This document shows positions 25,929 through 37,638 of a DNA stretch of 64,000 nt, in pieces. Source of the DNA: Squalus acanthias (lineage: Eukaryota). A program made the position numbers and the translations under genes. Each line of letters opens with the position of its first letter. Positions within the stretch are counted from its first letter, which is position 1. The DNA lies in assembly GCA_030390025.1 (NCBI GenBank), contig CM059431.1, positions 111,912,001 through 111,976,000 of the forward strand, written 5' to 3'. The notes beneath the pieces are model-generated. The model made no database searches. It had not been told where the DNA came from and saw only the letters and a list, made by a program, of their open reading frames with translations.

Positions 25929-26208
25929 TAGGGTTGCCAGCTCTGGTTGGACATATTCTTGGAGGTTTCATCACATGCCCTCCTGCCCAACCCCAATCAC
26001 TCAGCTGGGTCAAACCGCCTTTTTTCCCCCATCTCCAAATTTTTATAACTAATAAACGAAAGTGTTCAAAGATAATGAAAAAAAAGCACACAATTTGTTT
26101 TTTAAATGCCCGAATGAGTTTTCTCTCCGGTTACTCACAGCAATGTCCAGGAGATTAATCTTTAATTCTTGAAGACTCCAAGACAATCCTGGAGGGGTGG
26201 CAACCCAA
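25929..26208. mobile_element. MITE with TAGGGTTGCCA / TGGCAACCCAA ends (hAT-like, tentative)
   Basis: Imperfect 11-bp TIRs; no clean TSD. Confidence 0.55.
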
Positions 26209-26998
26209 GCACCCCTTGTACAAGGAGTTATAAATTTAAACAGTGAAGACATCCACATGTCAGAGTTGTGATGTCGATACCTGTGGAAAACAATATAAAG
26301 ACAGAAGTTTTCAAAGGAAATTGCAACAGTTTAAGTAAGTGTAGCTTTGCTGCAGAGAAAAATGATTCCCAGGAGAGGCGTGTTTTCCTAACGTAATACT
26401 TTGTTCAATTTCGTAGTTAAGAGGATATTTTCCTTTGTAAGTAAAATTTAAATATATATATTTTACTGAACTAACTTTCATTTACACTGACTGTTTAGTA
26501 ATAGAATTTTTCTTTACCTTTATACACAATACCTTTCTTGGTACTGCATGGCAAGTTTTTTAAATCATTGTGAAGAAAACAAGTAGCCTGGAAAATCTTG
26601 CATGACAACCCTGTGCAAGAATGTCAATGGCCTTTGTGTTGGTAATTATCAAACAGCAGAAAACCTTGAACAATGAATGATGGCAAAAGAGTTGGATGAA
26701 ACCGCTTTGAAACAGACCACCAGAATGCAGGAACCTTTGAATGATTCATCTTTATGTGAATGACCCAGAATTTCCAGGTACAACTCTCCTGGGAAAGCAG
26801 CGTTCAAAGTTCTGTTTCAAAGCTCTGCAGAGCTACTGAAAAGGCTCATGTTAGCAAATCTAACACACGGCCAGAGTGGTAAATACTGTGCTACTTGCTA
26901 AAAGGATAATGTCCTGTACCCAGATGCTGCAGGCACAGTACTCTGGTGATATGTGACAAGCAATTAAACTATAAATAACTAAAAATGCAGGTTTAAAA

Positions 26999-27363
26999 AA
27001 GAAAGACTTGCATTTATATAGCGCCTTTCACGACCACTGGATGTCCTAAAGCACTTTACAACAACAACTTGTATTTATATTACAGCCAACAAAGTACTTC
27101 TTGAAGTGTGGTCACTGTTGTAATGTACGAAACACGGCAGCCAAATTGTGCCCAATAAGCTCCCACAAACAGCAATGTGATCATCTGTTTTTTAGATGTT
27201 GATTGGGGGATAAATATTGGTCAGGACACTGGGGATAACTCCCCTGCTCTTCTTCAAAATAGTGCCTTGGGATCTTTTACGTCCACCTGAGAGCGCAGAC
27301 AGGGGCCTTGGTTTAACGACTCATCCGAAAGACAGCACCTCCGACAGTGCAGCACTCCCTCAG
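26999..27363 (-). mobile_element. Deu SINE, 5'-truncated
   Basis: Reverse complement of the SINE core and tail. Confidence 0.85.
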
Positions 27364-27976
27364 GGGCACAGTAGTGGAGGGGTTTGGGGAGGGAATTCCA
27401 GAGCACTGGGCCTCGGCAGTTGAAGGCACAGCCACCGCCGGTGGAGCCAAAAGGGGGGGAGGGGGGGGGGGGAATGCATGAGGCCAGAGACACAGGAACA
27501 AAGAGGGCATGGGGGGAGATGGGAGAGAAGTTAGAGAGAAATGTGAGTTCAGGGTTAGGGCTGAGGCGAGGGGGGGTTGGGGGGGGCCTGGGGAGTTTTG
27601 GTTAGTGGACAAAAGGAAGGGGGACAGCAGAGGCAACTGAATGGAGAGTCTCAACCTCAATGACAAAGAAATCATGAGCTTTTTGCATTCGTTGCGGGAG
27701 GTGACAATGCAGGAGCAGCGAAGGAGGGGTTTAAGGAAACATTTGGTAGTGGAAAAAGAAGCTGGGGCTTATCTTTGCTCGCTTGGAGTAGTGGGTGTTT
27801 TGGCTAAGGAGAATGAGGCCCGATAGTACTTAATGTGGTCCAGCCAGATCTGGTGATGATAGCTAAGCCAGTTGTGCACCAGATACAAAAACAACAACAA
27901 CTTGCATTTATATACACTCAAGTCGTCACTTGAGACAGTGAAGATGGGCCCATACCAGGGAGAACATCCATCAGCT

Positions 27977-29141
27977 GGGTGGGACTGCACTCGCCTGGTT
28001 CCATTCTTATCTATCTAATCGTAGCCAGAGAATCACCTGCAACGGCTTCTCTTCCCGTTCCCGCATCGTTACCTCTGGTGTTCCCCAAGGATCTATCCTT
28101 GGCCCCCTCCTATTTCTCATCTACATGTTGCCACTTGGCCACATCATCCAAAAACACAGCGTCAGTTTCCACATATACGCTGAGGACACCCAGCTCTTCC
28201 TCACCACCACCTCTCTCGACCCCTCCACAGTCTCTAAATTGTCAGACTGCTTGTCCGACATCCAGTTCTGGATGAGCAGAAATTTTCTCCAATTAATTAT
28301 TGGAAAGACCGAAGCCATTGTTTTTGGTCCCTGCCACAAACTCGTTCCCTAGCCACTGACTCCATCCCTCTCCCTAACATCTGTCTGAGGCTGAACCACA
28401 CTGTTCGCAACCGTGGTGTCATATTTGACCCTGAGATGAGCTTCCGACCGCATATCCGCAGCATAACTAAGACCGCCTATTTCCACCTCTGTAACACTGC
28501 CCGTCTCCGCCCTTGCCTCAGCTCATCCGCTGCTGAAACCCTCATCCATGCCTTTGTTGCCTCTAGACTTGACTATTCCAATGCACTCCTGGCTGGCCTC
28601 CCACATTCTACCCTACATAAACTTGAGGTGATCCAAAACTCGGCTGCCCGTGTCCTAACTCGCACCAAGTCCCGTTCGTCCATCACCCCTGTGCTCGCTG
28701 ACCTACATTGGCTCCCGGTTAAGCAACGCCTTGATTTCAAAATTCTCATCCTTGTTTTCAAATCCCTCCATGGCTTCGCCCCTCTCTATCTCTGTAATCT
28801 CCTTCAGCCCCACAACCCCTCGAGATATCTGCGCCCCTCTAATTCTGCCTGCTTGAGCATCCCTGATTATAATCGCTCAACCATTGGTGGCTGTGCCTTC
28901 TGTTGCCTAGGCCCTAAGCTCTGGAATTCTCTGCCTAAACCTCTCCACTTCTCTACCTCTCTTTCTTCCTTTAAGACGCTCCTTAAAACCTACCTCTTTG
29001 ACCAAGCTTTTGGTCACCTGCCCTAATTTCTCCTTATGTGGCTCGTGTCAAATTTTTTGTCTTATAACACTCCTGTGAAGCGCCTTGAGATGTTTTACTA
29101 CGTTAAAGGTGCTATATAAATGCAAGTTGTTGTTGTTGTTG
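27977..29141 (+). mobile_element. L2-clade LINE, 5'-truncated (RT C-terminal half)
   Basis: HIYAEDTQLF RT motif; 196-aa ORF with ETLIHAFVASRLDYSNALL...LHWLPV...FKTLLKTYLF; (TTG)n tail. Confidence 0.9.
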
Positions 29142-31109
29142 TATGAGAGACAGTAAAGGTTTTGCTAGGGACAAGGGAATCAAAGGTGGAGGTTGAGGTT
29201 GAGCAAGCTGATGGCTGCAGAAGTGTGGTGGCAAATGGAGGGCCAAAGGCTAGGAGTTGGGAGGTTGCAATTGCAGTTGCAAGTGACTTGGGAGAAGGAT
29301 TTCTATGGGTAGATGCAGAAGGAAGTGGGGTTGGAAGGAAGTAGGTGACTGGGGGTGGTGTGGGATACAAGGAAGCAATCAACAGTGGCCTTGTCAGGGA
29401 TTGAGACCGTGGAGTAGAGAGGCCATAGGAGATAGCAAGATTGAGGGGGTGGTCTGAATATGGGTAAGAGAGTTTATATGGAGAGAGACAGGAGGGCAGT
29501 TAAGATGGAGCAGATAGTGGAATGTCACATAAATGGGTTAATCATTCATACGCTACTATCATGTTTGAAAGTTTGGGGCACAGATAGATAACTTTATAAG
29601 AATTACAATAGATACCACAGAATTTCATAAAATACCATATGCTATTTGTTTCTTTTATCAATCATAGTTTTTTTTCCCAGTACGATAAACCTTGCATAGT
29701 GATATACGTATTTATATAGGACTGTATTTAACATGATGTCCTCGTGTTAACTGTATAGTTCAGTAAAACATACAGAGCGCCTAGTGTTTTCATTTTATGA
29801 ACCCTAACATTAGAGTCATAAAAATAAATGTCATTATGCAACGGTTTGTTGGCATCGCTTCTTTTTTCCTGTTCCCAATGAAAACTGCAGGTGCAGACAA
29901 TGAAACAGTGTAGCAGTGCAACCTACCAGTACTTGCTTCCATTGTTATAATTAGTCAATAAAATCTGGGTGTGCTGTAAATGATGAGTAAAGAATCATAT
30001 TGACATTAAACAAAACCAACCATAACGTGGATCAGCATAGTGATCTACGAAACAGATTGTTATATTACATACTGACTAAAATTCTGTGATGAATTCTATT
30101 ATTCGCACTAACTTGTAGGCAGAGCAATGTGTTGCCATTAAAAATATAATTATTCTCCCTCAAACTCTTTGATCTTAATACTATAGGACTTTAGTAGTAA
30201 GATTGTGTGATGTACTTCTGTATTTAAAAGAGAACAAATAATGCTGATTGATAAAACATTCATTACATTGTCCTTGGTCTCCCTCCCTGAAGATTAGAGT
30301 GGTGATAGATACACTTCCATTGCATATAATGGTGGAAAATTCCACTCGCCAACTGTCTGGGGTAACTTACTGTCAGAGTTGGTGAACTAATAAAGTACTA
30401 CAGTGGGTCATAAATTCTCCTGTGATAGGCAACAGCTTTTATTTTGCTGTTGTTAAACCAGCTATAACCCAAAATATATCCTCACCGTAGAATTAGAAAG
30501 AAAGACTTGCATTTCTATAGCGCCTTTCACGACCTCAGGACGTCCCAAAGCGCTTTACAGCCAATGAAGTGTAGTCAGTGTTGTAATGTAGGAAAATTTC
30601 TTTCTTTCAGTGGAATTAAAAACAAATATCTATTGTAATGTGAGCAGAACAGGCATTACATTACATTTTCTTTGTTGTCTATAGAGCCATGTAAAAAGAC
30701 AGAACTATTGAACCATGTAAACTTCAACCTAAGCAAGATTGTGTGGAGCTCATGCTCTGGGATGATGTCATCCAGGGGATGCTATTCAATGCATTCACTA
30801 CTCTGTAGAGCATGCCCCATTGCCGATCTCATATGGAGTAGACAGAGTAGAGTTTTGCTGCCTTTTTTAAGTTTCTTCTGAGTATTAACTTATATCCTCT
30901 AGTTAAAAAGTCAGACAATAAACATACTGTTTAGAGTGAGTTGGTAAAAGTAATTCATGATACTTCATGGCCCAATGTGTCAGGGAAGCCATGAGTGGTA
31001 GCTTTCAGCTTGACTTAACAAGGCTAAATGTATCTGATATCAGACAGAGAATGGTAGTAATAGCACTCTTGTGTGATGGTATCCACAAAATGATTATGTT
31101 TAATATGAT

Positions 31110-32920
31110 GTGGGATTGAATACTCCCAAGGACAATACGCCAAGTGCACAATGTTAGAAAGGGTATGAGTGAAGGCCTTCAGTAGATTAACCAGGGATAT
31201 TGTTTATGAATGCTTCCTATAAAGATAAATGGAATGTCTTCAAAGTCATGCTGAACAGCATGCAAGATAAATATATATGTAAGTACAAGCATGACTTCAA
31301 ATGGATAAACAACGCTGTCCGAAGTGAAATGAGAATGAAAAATAAACTTTGCAAAGCTTGCTGGGAGAAAGGTGAGAGGATCCATGGCGAAGAATAAAGG
31401 TAGCTTCAGAAACATGTCAAAAGAAGGGTTGGAGTTGCGAAGAGATACCTGGAAATGAGCATACCCACAGCTGATAAGCACAAGAGCAAGTAGATTTCCC
31501 GTACTAAACAGTAAGAAGACGGTCAAGGAAGACATAAGAACCTGAGCGGATGCTAACAGGGATGAGGTCAAATTGTATTCATCTCAGCGTACTAAGAGAA
31601 ATAAGAGATGTGATTTGTAAAATGAGAGAGTCATTGATTGCTAGAGAGGTCCTTCTGGATTGGAAACAGCTAACACGGTATCCATATCTCAAAATAAGTG
31701 GCAAATCTAGTCTGGGAAACAGAGCCATTAATATTGCATCAATAGCAGGTAAAATAATGAAATCAATTATCAGGAAAAAACTTCAGGATTATCTGTACAA
31801 TAATAACGGAGTAAACAGCAGCCAACACAGCTTCAGAGGGGAGGATCCTACCTGAGGAAAGCTAATGACCTTTTCTAAGGAGGTGACATCCCAAGTGGAC
31901 CGTGGTAAACCATATGGAATGGAACAACTGGGCCTCTAGAAAAACTTTGACATTCTTCGTAAAAGGCTGCTACATAAGCTTAAACCAATTAAATTTAAGC
32001 TAATTCAGGGTAAAATCTGGTAATGGATAAGGAACTGTTAAAGGATTGGAGGCAATGGGCACATATTAGTGGAGTGGTGTTAGGAAGGGGATTACTGAAT
32101 GGAGTGGTCCAGGGATGGGTGTTCAAATCCTTAAGGCTAAAAATTGAGTTGCGCCCCCTTTGGGGCGCTAACTTTGCTGGAAAAATTAGCGCCCCCGCGA
32201 CGGAAATTGAGTGGTAGCGCCCCAAGAGAGAAGTGGGGCGCTACTAGAAGCGCTCTGCCTCCCTCTTGGGGCGCTGTGAGGGAATATCGTGGCGCTGCGG
32301 CATGTCACGCTGCGGTATTACAGGCCTTCCTCCCCTTCTTAAAGGGGGGAGGGCCTTGCGCAGCGCGACCCGGGGCCCAGCTGGGCCACCGAGGATCGGG
32401 AGTGCCGGCAAAAGAGCCCGGCACTCAAGAGAAGTGCCGGGCTCATGGAGCGCAGCCGGCACTCCGCGGGGGGGCGGGTAAGGAGGCCGGGGACGGGAGC
32501 GGAGGCAGGTGCTGGCAGGCGGCCAGCAACAAAAATGGCCGCCCCGCACCTCGCCTTTAAATAGCGCCTCCCCGGCCGCAGGTAGGCCCCCTTGACCCCG
32601 TCGGACATAGCGTCCGGCGGTAAGTCAGGGGACGCTCCCGAAGATCGTGGCTGGGACGCTACTGGTTACCGCCGCCGCTAACCTCCTGCTGAATTTCGCT
32701 GGAGGCGTTGGCGGTGTGGTGCCCGGGCGCTAGTTGCTTTGCCTCTTAGGGCACTAACGTGGCGCAAAGCAACCAAATTTTTCCCCCTTACTGTTTCTAA
32801 TTTACATTAGACTTGGACTCCGAATCTCATGTCGTTATGGAGGGACTATGGCCTTTTGCTTTCCTCGATGGATGAGTTAAAATGGGTCAAATGGCCCTTT
32901 TCATCTGTAATTATCTTGCG
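31110..32920 (+). mobile_element. Old CR1 LINE fragment, split by a Harbinger MITE
   Basis: Degenerate IASIAGKIMKSIIR...SQHSF; the GSVLGPLLFLIYI-like motif is interrupted exactly at the MITE. Confidence 0.7.
32134..32787. mobile_element. GC-rich PIF/Harbinger-type MITE
   Basis: TTA TSD at 32131-32133 and 32788-32790; imperfect TIRs AGGCTAAAAATTGAGTTGC / GCAACCAAATTTTTCCCCC; repeated GGGGCGCTA/TAGCGCCCC motifs. Confidence 0.75.
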
Positions 32921-34511
32921 ATTTTGTGTATGATAGTGATTACTATAGAAGCAAAAAAGCAAGGACCCTTTTAGATATTTGCTTATACAGAACAAAACAA
33001 CCCTGAAAATATGTAATCATCTTTACTTCTTAATTTTCTCAACCAGATCCTAAAGTAATTCAGAAGGTTGATCAAAGAAGGCAACAGTCATGACAAGTTT
33101 TGTATTACTCAAATGTTGTGCTTATAGTCACAAACTGAGGAAAGACAAGGGCTAATTTCCTGATCTGGTGATCCTCGTGGGAAATGGTGCTCGCAGGGAA
33201 TACATCATTGGAAATCACAGGTGTGCAGCTCCTGATTTTCCATCCTGGATATGTGCGATTTTGTGAGATACACTTCGTACTGGGAGCCTTGGGAGACAGA
33301 ATTACTTCTGATAATTGGTTCCATTATTTTATCTGAATCGTAGAATTATCTCTTTATTTCAGGGCATCTCTTATCTGTGGTGCTGTAATGAATTGCATTG
33401 TATAATACACAGTTGTCAGACATAAATATACAATGATTGCGGAACCTAATATGGGACAATCAACAATTTCTTTAAAATATGTTGACATTAGCCATGTGAA
33501 AGTCAGGGAAAGTCATCGCAAGAATCCTCCTCAATTGCCTTCTCCCAGTGGCTGAAGAGCTCCTCCCAGAGTCGCAATGTGGATTCCGCCCACTAAGGGG
33601 CACAATGGACATGATCTTCACCATGTGCCAATTACAAGAGAAATGCAGGGAACAGCGCCAACCGCTGTACATGGCCTTCTTTGACCTCACAAAGGCCTTT
33701 GACACCTGTCAACCGTGAGGGATTATGGAGTGTCCTCCTCAAATTTGGCTGCCCTCAAAAGTTTGTCACCATCCTCCGCCTGCTTCACGACGACGTGCAA
33801 GCCGTGATCCTGACCAACGGTTCCACCACAGACCCAATTCATGTACAGACTGGGGTCAAGCAAGGCTGTGTCATCGCACCAACGCTCTTCTCGATCTTCC
33901 TTGCGGCAATGCTCATCTCACCCTCAGTAAGCTCCCCGCTGGAGTGGAGCTAATTTACAGAACAAACAGGAAACTGTTCAACCTCCGTCACCTCCAGTCC
34001 AGATCCAAGGTCGTCCCTTCCTCTGTCGTCGAATTACAGTATGCAGACGACGCTTGCGTCTGCGCGCACTCGGAGGTCGAACTCCAAACCATCGTTAACA
34101 CCTTCACTGAAGCGTACGAGAGCATGGGCCTTACACTAAACATCTGTAAGACAAAGGTCCTCTACCAACCTGCCCCCGCCACACAGTACTGCCCCCCGAT
34201 TATCAAAATCCATGACAAGGCCTTGGACAACGTGGACCACTTTCCATACCTCGGAAGCCTACTGTCAACAAGGGCAGATGTTGATGACGAAGTCCAACAC
34301 CGTCTTCAGTGTGCCAGTGCGGCCTTCAGTCGCCTGAGGAAGAGAGTGTTTGAAGACCAGGACCTCAAACCCGGCACCAAGCTCATGGTCTACAGAGCAG
34401 TAGTAATACCCGCCCTCCTGTATGCCTCAGAGACATAGACCATGTACAGCAGGCACCTCAAAGCACTAGAGAGGTACCACCAACACTGCCTCCGCTGCCA
34501 TTGGCAGGATA

Positions 34512-34691
34512 AAAGTGAGAAGTCGCACAACACCAGGTTATAGTCCAACAGTTTTATTTAAAATCACAAGCTTTCGGAGCTGCTGCCCTTCGTCAGGTGA
34601 AGTGATTTCAAATGAAACTGTTGGACTATAACCTGGTGTTGTGCGACTTCTCACTTTTGTCCACCCCAGTCCAACACCGGCATCTCCGCAT
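34512..34691. mobile_element. Short Penelope-like non-autonomous element nested in the RTE
   Basis: 13-bp TSD CATTGGCAGGATA (34499-34511, 34692-34704); perfect 44-bp inverted repeat; hammerhead motif inside. Confidence 0.75.
34564..34600 (-). ncRNA. Minimal type I hammerhead ribozyme motif (complete core)
   Basis: Minus strand: UCAC-CUGACGA-A-GGGC-AGCA-GCUC-C-GAAA-GCUU-GUGA, giving stem I UCAC/GUGA, CUGANGA, stem II, GAAA, palindromic AAGCUU stem III and a CUU cleavage triplet. Confidence 0.75.
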
Positions 34692-35706
34692 CATTGGCAG
34701 GATAGGCGCACCAACGTCAGTGTTCTCGCTCAGGCCAACATCCCCAGCATCAAAGCTTTGACCACGCTCGATCAGCTCCGATGGACGGGTCACATTGTCC
34801 GCATGCCCGATACGAGACTCCCAAAACAAGCGCTCTACTCAGAGCTCCGACATGGCAAGAGAGCCCCAGGTGGGCAGAGGAAACACTTCAAGGACACCCT
34901 CAAAGCCTCCTTGAAAAAGTGTAACATCCCCACCGACACCTGGGAATCCCTGGCCCAAGACCGTACAAAGTGGAGGAGAAGCATCCGGGAAGGCGCCGAA
35001 TACCTCGAGCCTCTTCGCCGGGAGCAAGCGGAAGCCAAGCGCAAACAGCGCAAGGAGCACACGTCAACCCAAACACCCCACCCACCCGCCCCTTCAACCA
35101 CCTCTGCCCCACCTGTGACAGAGACTGTAGGTCCCGCATTGGACTCATCAGTCACCTGAGAACTCATTTTTAATGTGGAAGCAAGTCATCCTCGGTTCCG
35201 AGGGACTGCCTAAGAAGAGAAGAGAAATATGGCGGTGTTTACATCTATGGCAGCTTTAGTTTCCCCGTAGAGGGAACTCATAGGGAATGCCACAAGGAGG
35301 AAGATATCATATTACCCATCCAACATGCTTGCAACCTCATTTCAGCCACCTACCATCGTGAAACGCCTTTGATCAAGACGTAGCTTTGTAGCTACAGTTG
35401 CACTGAATGTTACACCATTCAACTTTCATATCTAGCCATGGCATGCAGGCTGGGCCAAGAAAGGTCTTGTTGGCTCCCGGCACTGGGAATACAGCCAACT
35501 GAAGGTTCGCTGCCTACCATGAGAACAAAGGCATTCGCTGAACTGTGTGAGGACAGTGGTGACAAGAAACACAGGCAAGTTGCCTCTATGGAAGTTCAAG
35601 GATGACAATCCGCATAGATGTAGTAAACCTTGTGCAAAGGATTGTAAGCAGCTTCTGTTCTGCAATGGTAAAGGCCTGCAATCGTCAGTGTGGCAGCATG
35701 TAAATA

Positions 35707-36175
35707 AAAGAAAGACTTGCATTTCTATAGCGCCTTTCACGACCACCGGACGTCTCAAAGCGCTTTACAGCCAATGAAGTACTCTTTTGAAGTGTAGTCA
35801 CTGTTGTAATGTGGGAAACGCGACAGCCAATTTGCGCACAGCAAGCTCCCACAAACAGCATTGTGATAATGACCAGATAATCTGTTCTTGTTATGTTGAT
35901 TGAGGGATAAATATTGGCCAGGACACCGGGGATAACTCCCCTGCTCTTCTTCAAAACAGTGCCATGGGATCTTTTACATCCACCTGAGAGAGAGCAGACG
36001 GGCCTCGGTTTAATGTCTCATCCAAATGACGGCACCTCCAACAGTGCAGCACTCCCTCAGCACCGCACTGGAGTGTCAGCCTAGATTTTTGTGCTCAAGT
36101 TCCTGGAGTGGGGCCTGAACCCACAACCTTCTGACTCAGAGGCGAGAGTGCTACCCACTGAGCCACAGCTGACAC
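35707..36175 (-). mobile_element. Full-length Deu SINE
   Basis: Reverse complement of 95-563. Confidence 0.9.
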
Positions 36176-36379
36176 TGTAACTGTACCACCTCAGTGACCT
36201 GTTCCAAATGATGCCTAGCGAAAGTGTTAATGATTATTGTTTCATTTCATTCTTTACTATGTAACAATGTAAGGATAGTAGTTGCCTGAAGCTGCTTTTA
36301 TACTGGCACTTGTCTGATTTAGATTGCAGGAAACTAGTGTCCGTGATTTGGGTTCCAGTGGCAGAATGGTAGATGCAAT

Positions 36380-36905
36380 TTTGTCTTCCTCCTTCATCAC
36401 CTCCAGGCTTGACTACTTTAATGGTCTGCTCCTAAATTCTACCTTACAAAAACTATAACTTGTTCAAAACTCTGCATCCTATTCTGCACTAAGTCCCACT
36501 GCTCTATCAACCCTTCCCTCGCCAACCTGCATCAGCTCCTTTTTCCCCCGAGTGAATCAAATTCAAAATCTCTGTCCATTTCTACATGTTGCATCCTCCT
36601 CCACTTCTATGAGCCAGCATGTACCCTCCACTCTTCCAATTCTGGTCTCCTTTGCGTCATCCCCTCTCCGTTCTACCTCCATCTGCGGAGCCTTCAGCCG
36701 TCTTGGCTCCTCTCTCTGGAACCCCTCCAGCTTGCTATCTCTCTCTTCTTCAAAAAACACCTAGAAACTTAAACATTTGAACAAGACTTTGGTCACCTTC
36801 CTCAACTGTTCTCCCATCACTACTTGGTGTCTAGTTTTGCCTCTGTGAAGTGCTTTGGAAGCTTTTTTTTTAACATTAAGGGCACTATATAAATCCAAAT
36901 TGTTC
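36380..36905 (+). mobile_element. Degenerate L2 LINE 3' fragment
   Basis: Similar to 28550-29130; tail GGCACTATATAAATCCAAATTG. Confidence 0.7.
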
Positions 36906-37638
36906 TAGTTTGGTGAATATCTCCAATTCTAATTACTAAAATTCATCCTCAAAACTTTACAATTGATTTTCATCCATGTAATGTGGATTGAAAAAGATAT
37001 TGTCAACAGTCTCATAGATTAAAGACATATCTAGAGTTACATGGGGGCTTGTAATTTTACTGTGGGCAGGTTGATTGAAGTGCCTCGCTATCTCTATTCA
37101 CCAATGACAATCGTGTTTTTCTTTGGTCTTTATCTTAGATACTCGCTGTCTTAAACAGCAGAGCAACGGGGAACTCCCAAGGACAATTGTGGGAACGCCA
37201 CTTTCATATCCATCACCAATGTAACCTGAATGTAGTAATGAGGGAAGCACGTTCCTCCCCAAAACCAACTTCAAAGTTCGATTGCTATAACTGACAAAAG
37301 ATCAAATACTATAAAAAATGGAAATAGCTGCATGTGTGGTAGACACCATTGACCTTTGCTGTTTTCTGATACCTTTTTAATTGGTTTCCTGCCTTGTAGC
37401 ACAATGTCATTTTCCCCCTCTCCTTTCCAGAAGACACTGATCCGGCTAAGGTGCAGTTTGTGAGCAACCCTCTAGTGTCTTGCCAAGTGAACTGGATAGG
37501 GAGTGTTAGCAGACAATTCAAGCGTGGGGAGCATCACAGGGGCCGTGATAACAGAAATAGCTGCGAATTCCCCTTGAAAACAATGGGACATCCTGAACCC
37601 TAACGGTGAGAACTTACAATGCTCTGATACTCTGGGGT

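Larger units (their letters stand above)
33503..35225 (+). mobile_element. RTE (BovB-like) LINE, 5'-truncated
   Basis: LPESQCGFR, GVKQGCVIAPTLF, ELQYADD, LRWTGHIVRMPDTRLPKQALY, terminal CPTCDRDC..HLRTH zinc finger, and GAGGGACTGCCTAAGAAGAG tail. Confidence 0.9.

Noticed and set aside
32144..32608. Overlapping GC-rich ORFs / host CpG-island promoter
   Set aside because: Entirely inside a TIR- and TSD-bounded MITE; no recognisable domain.
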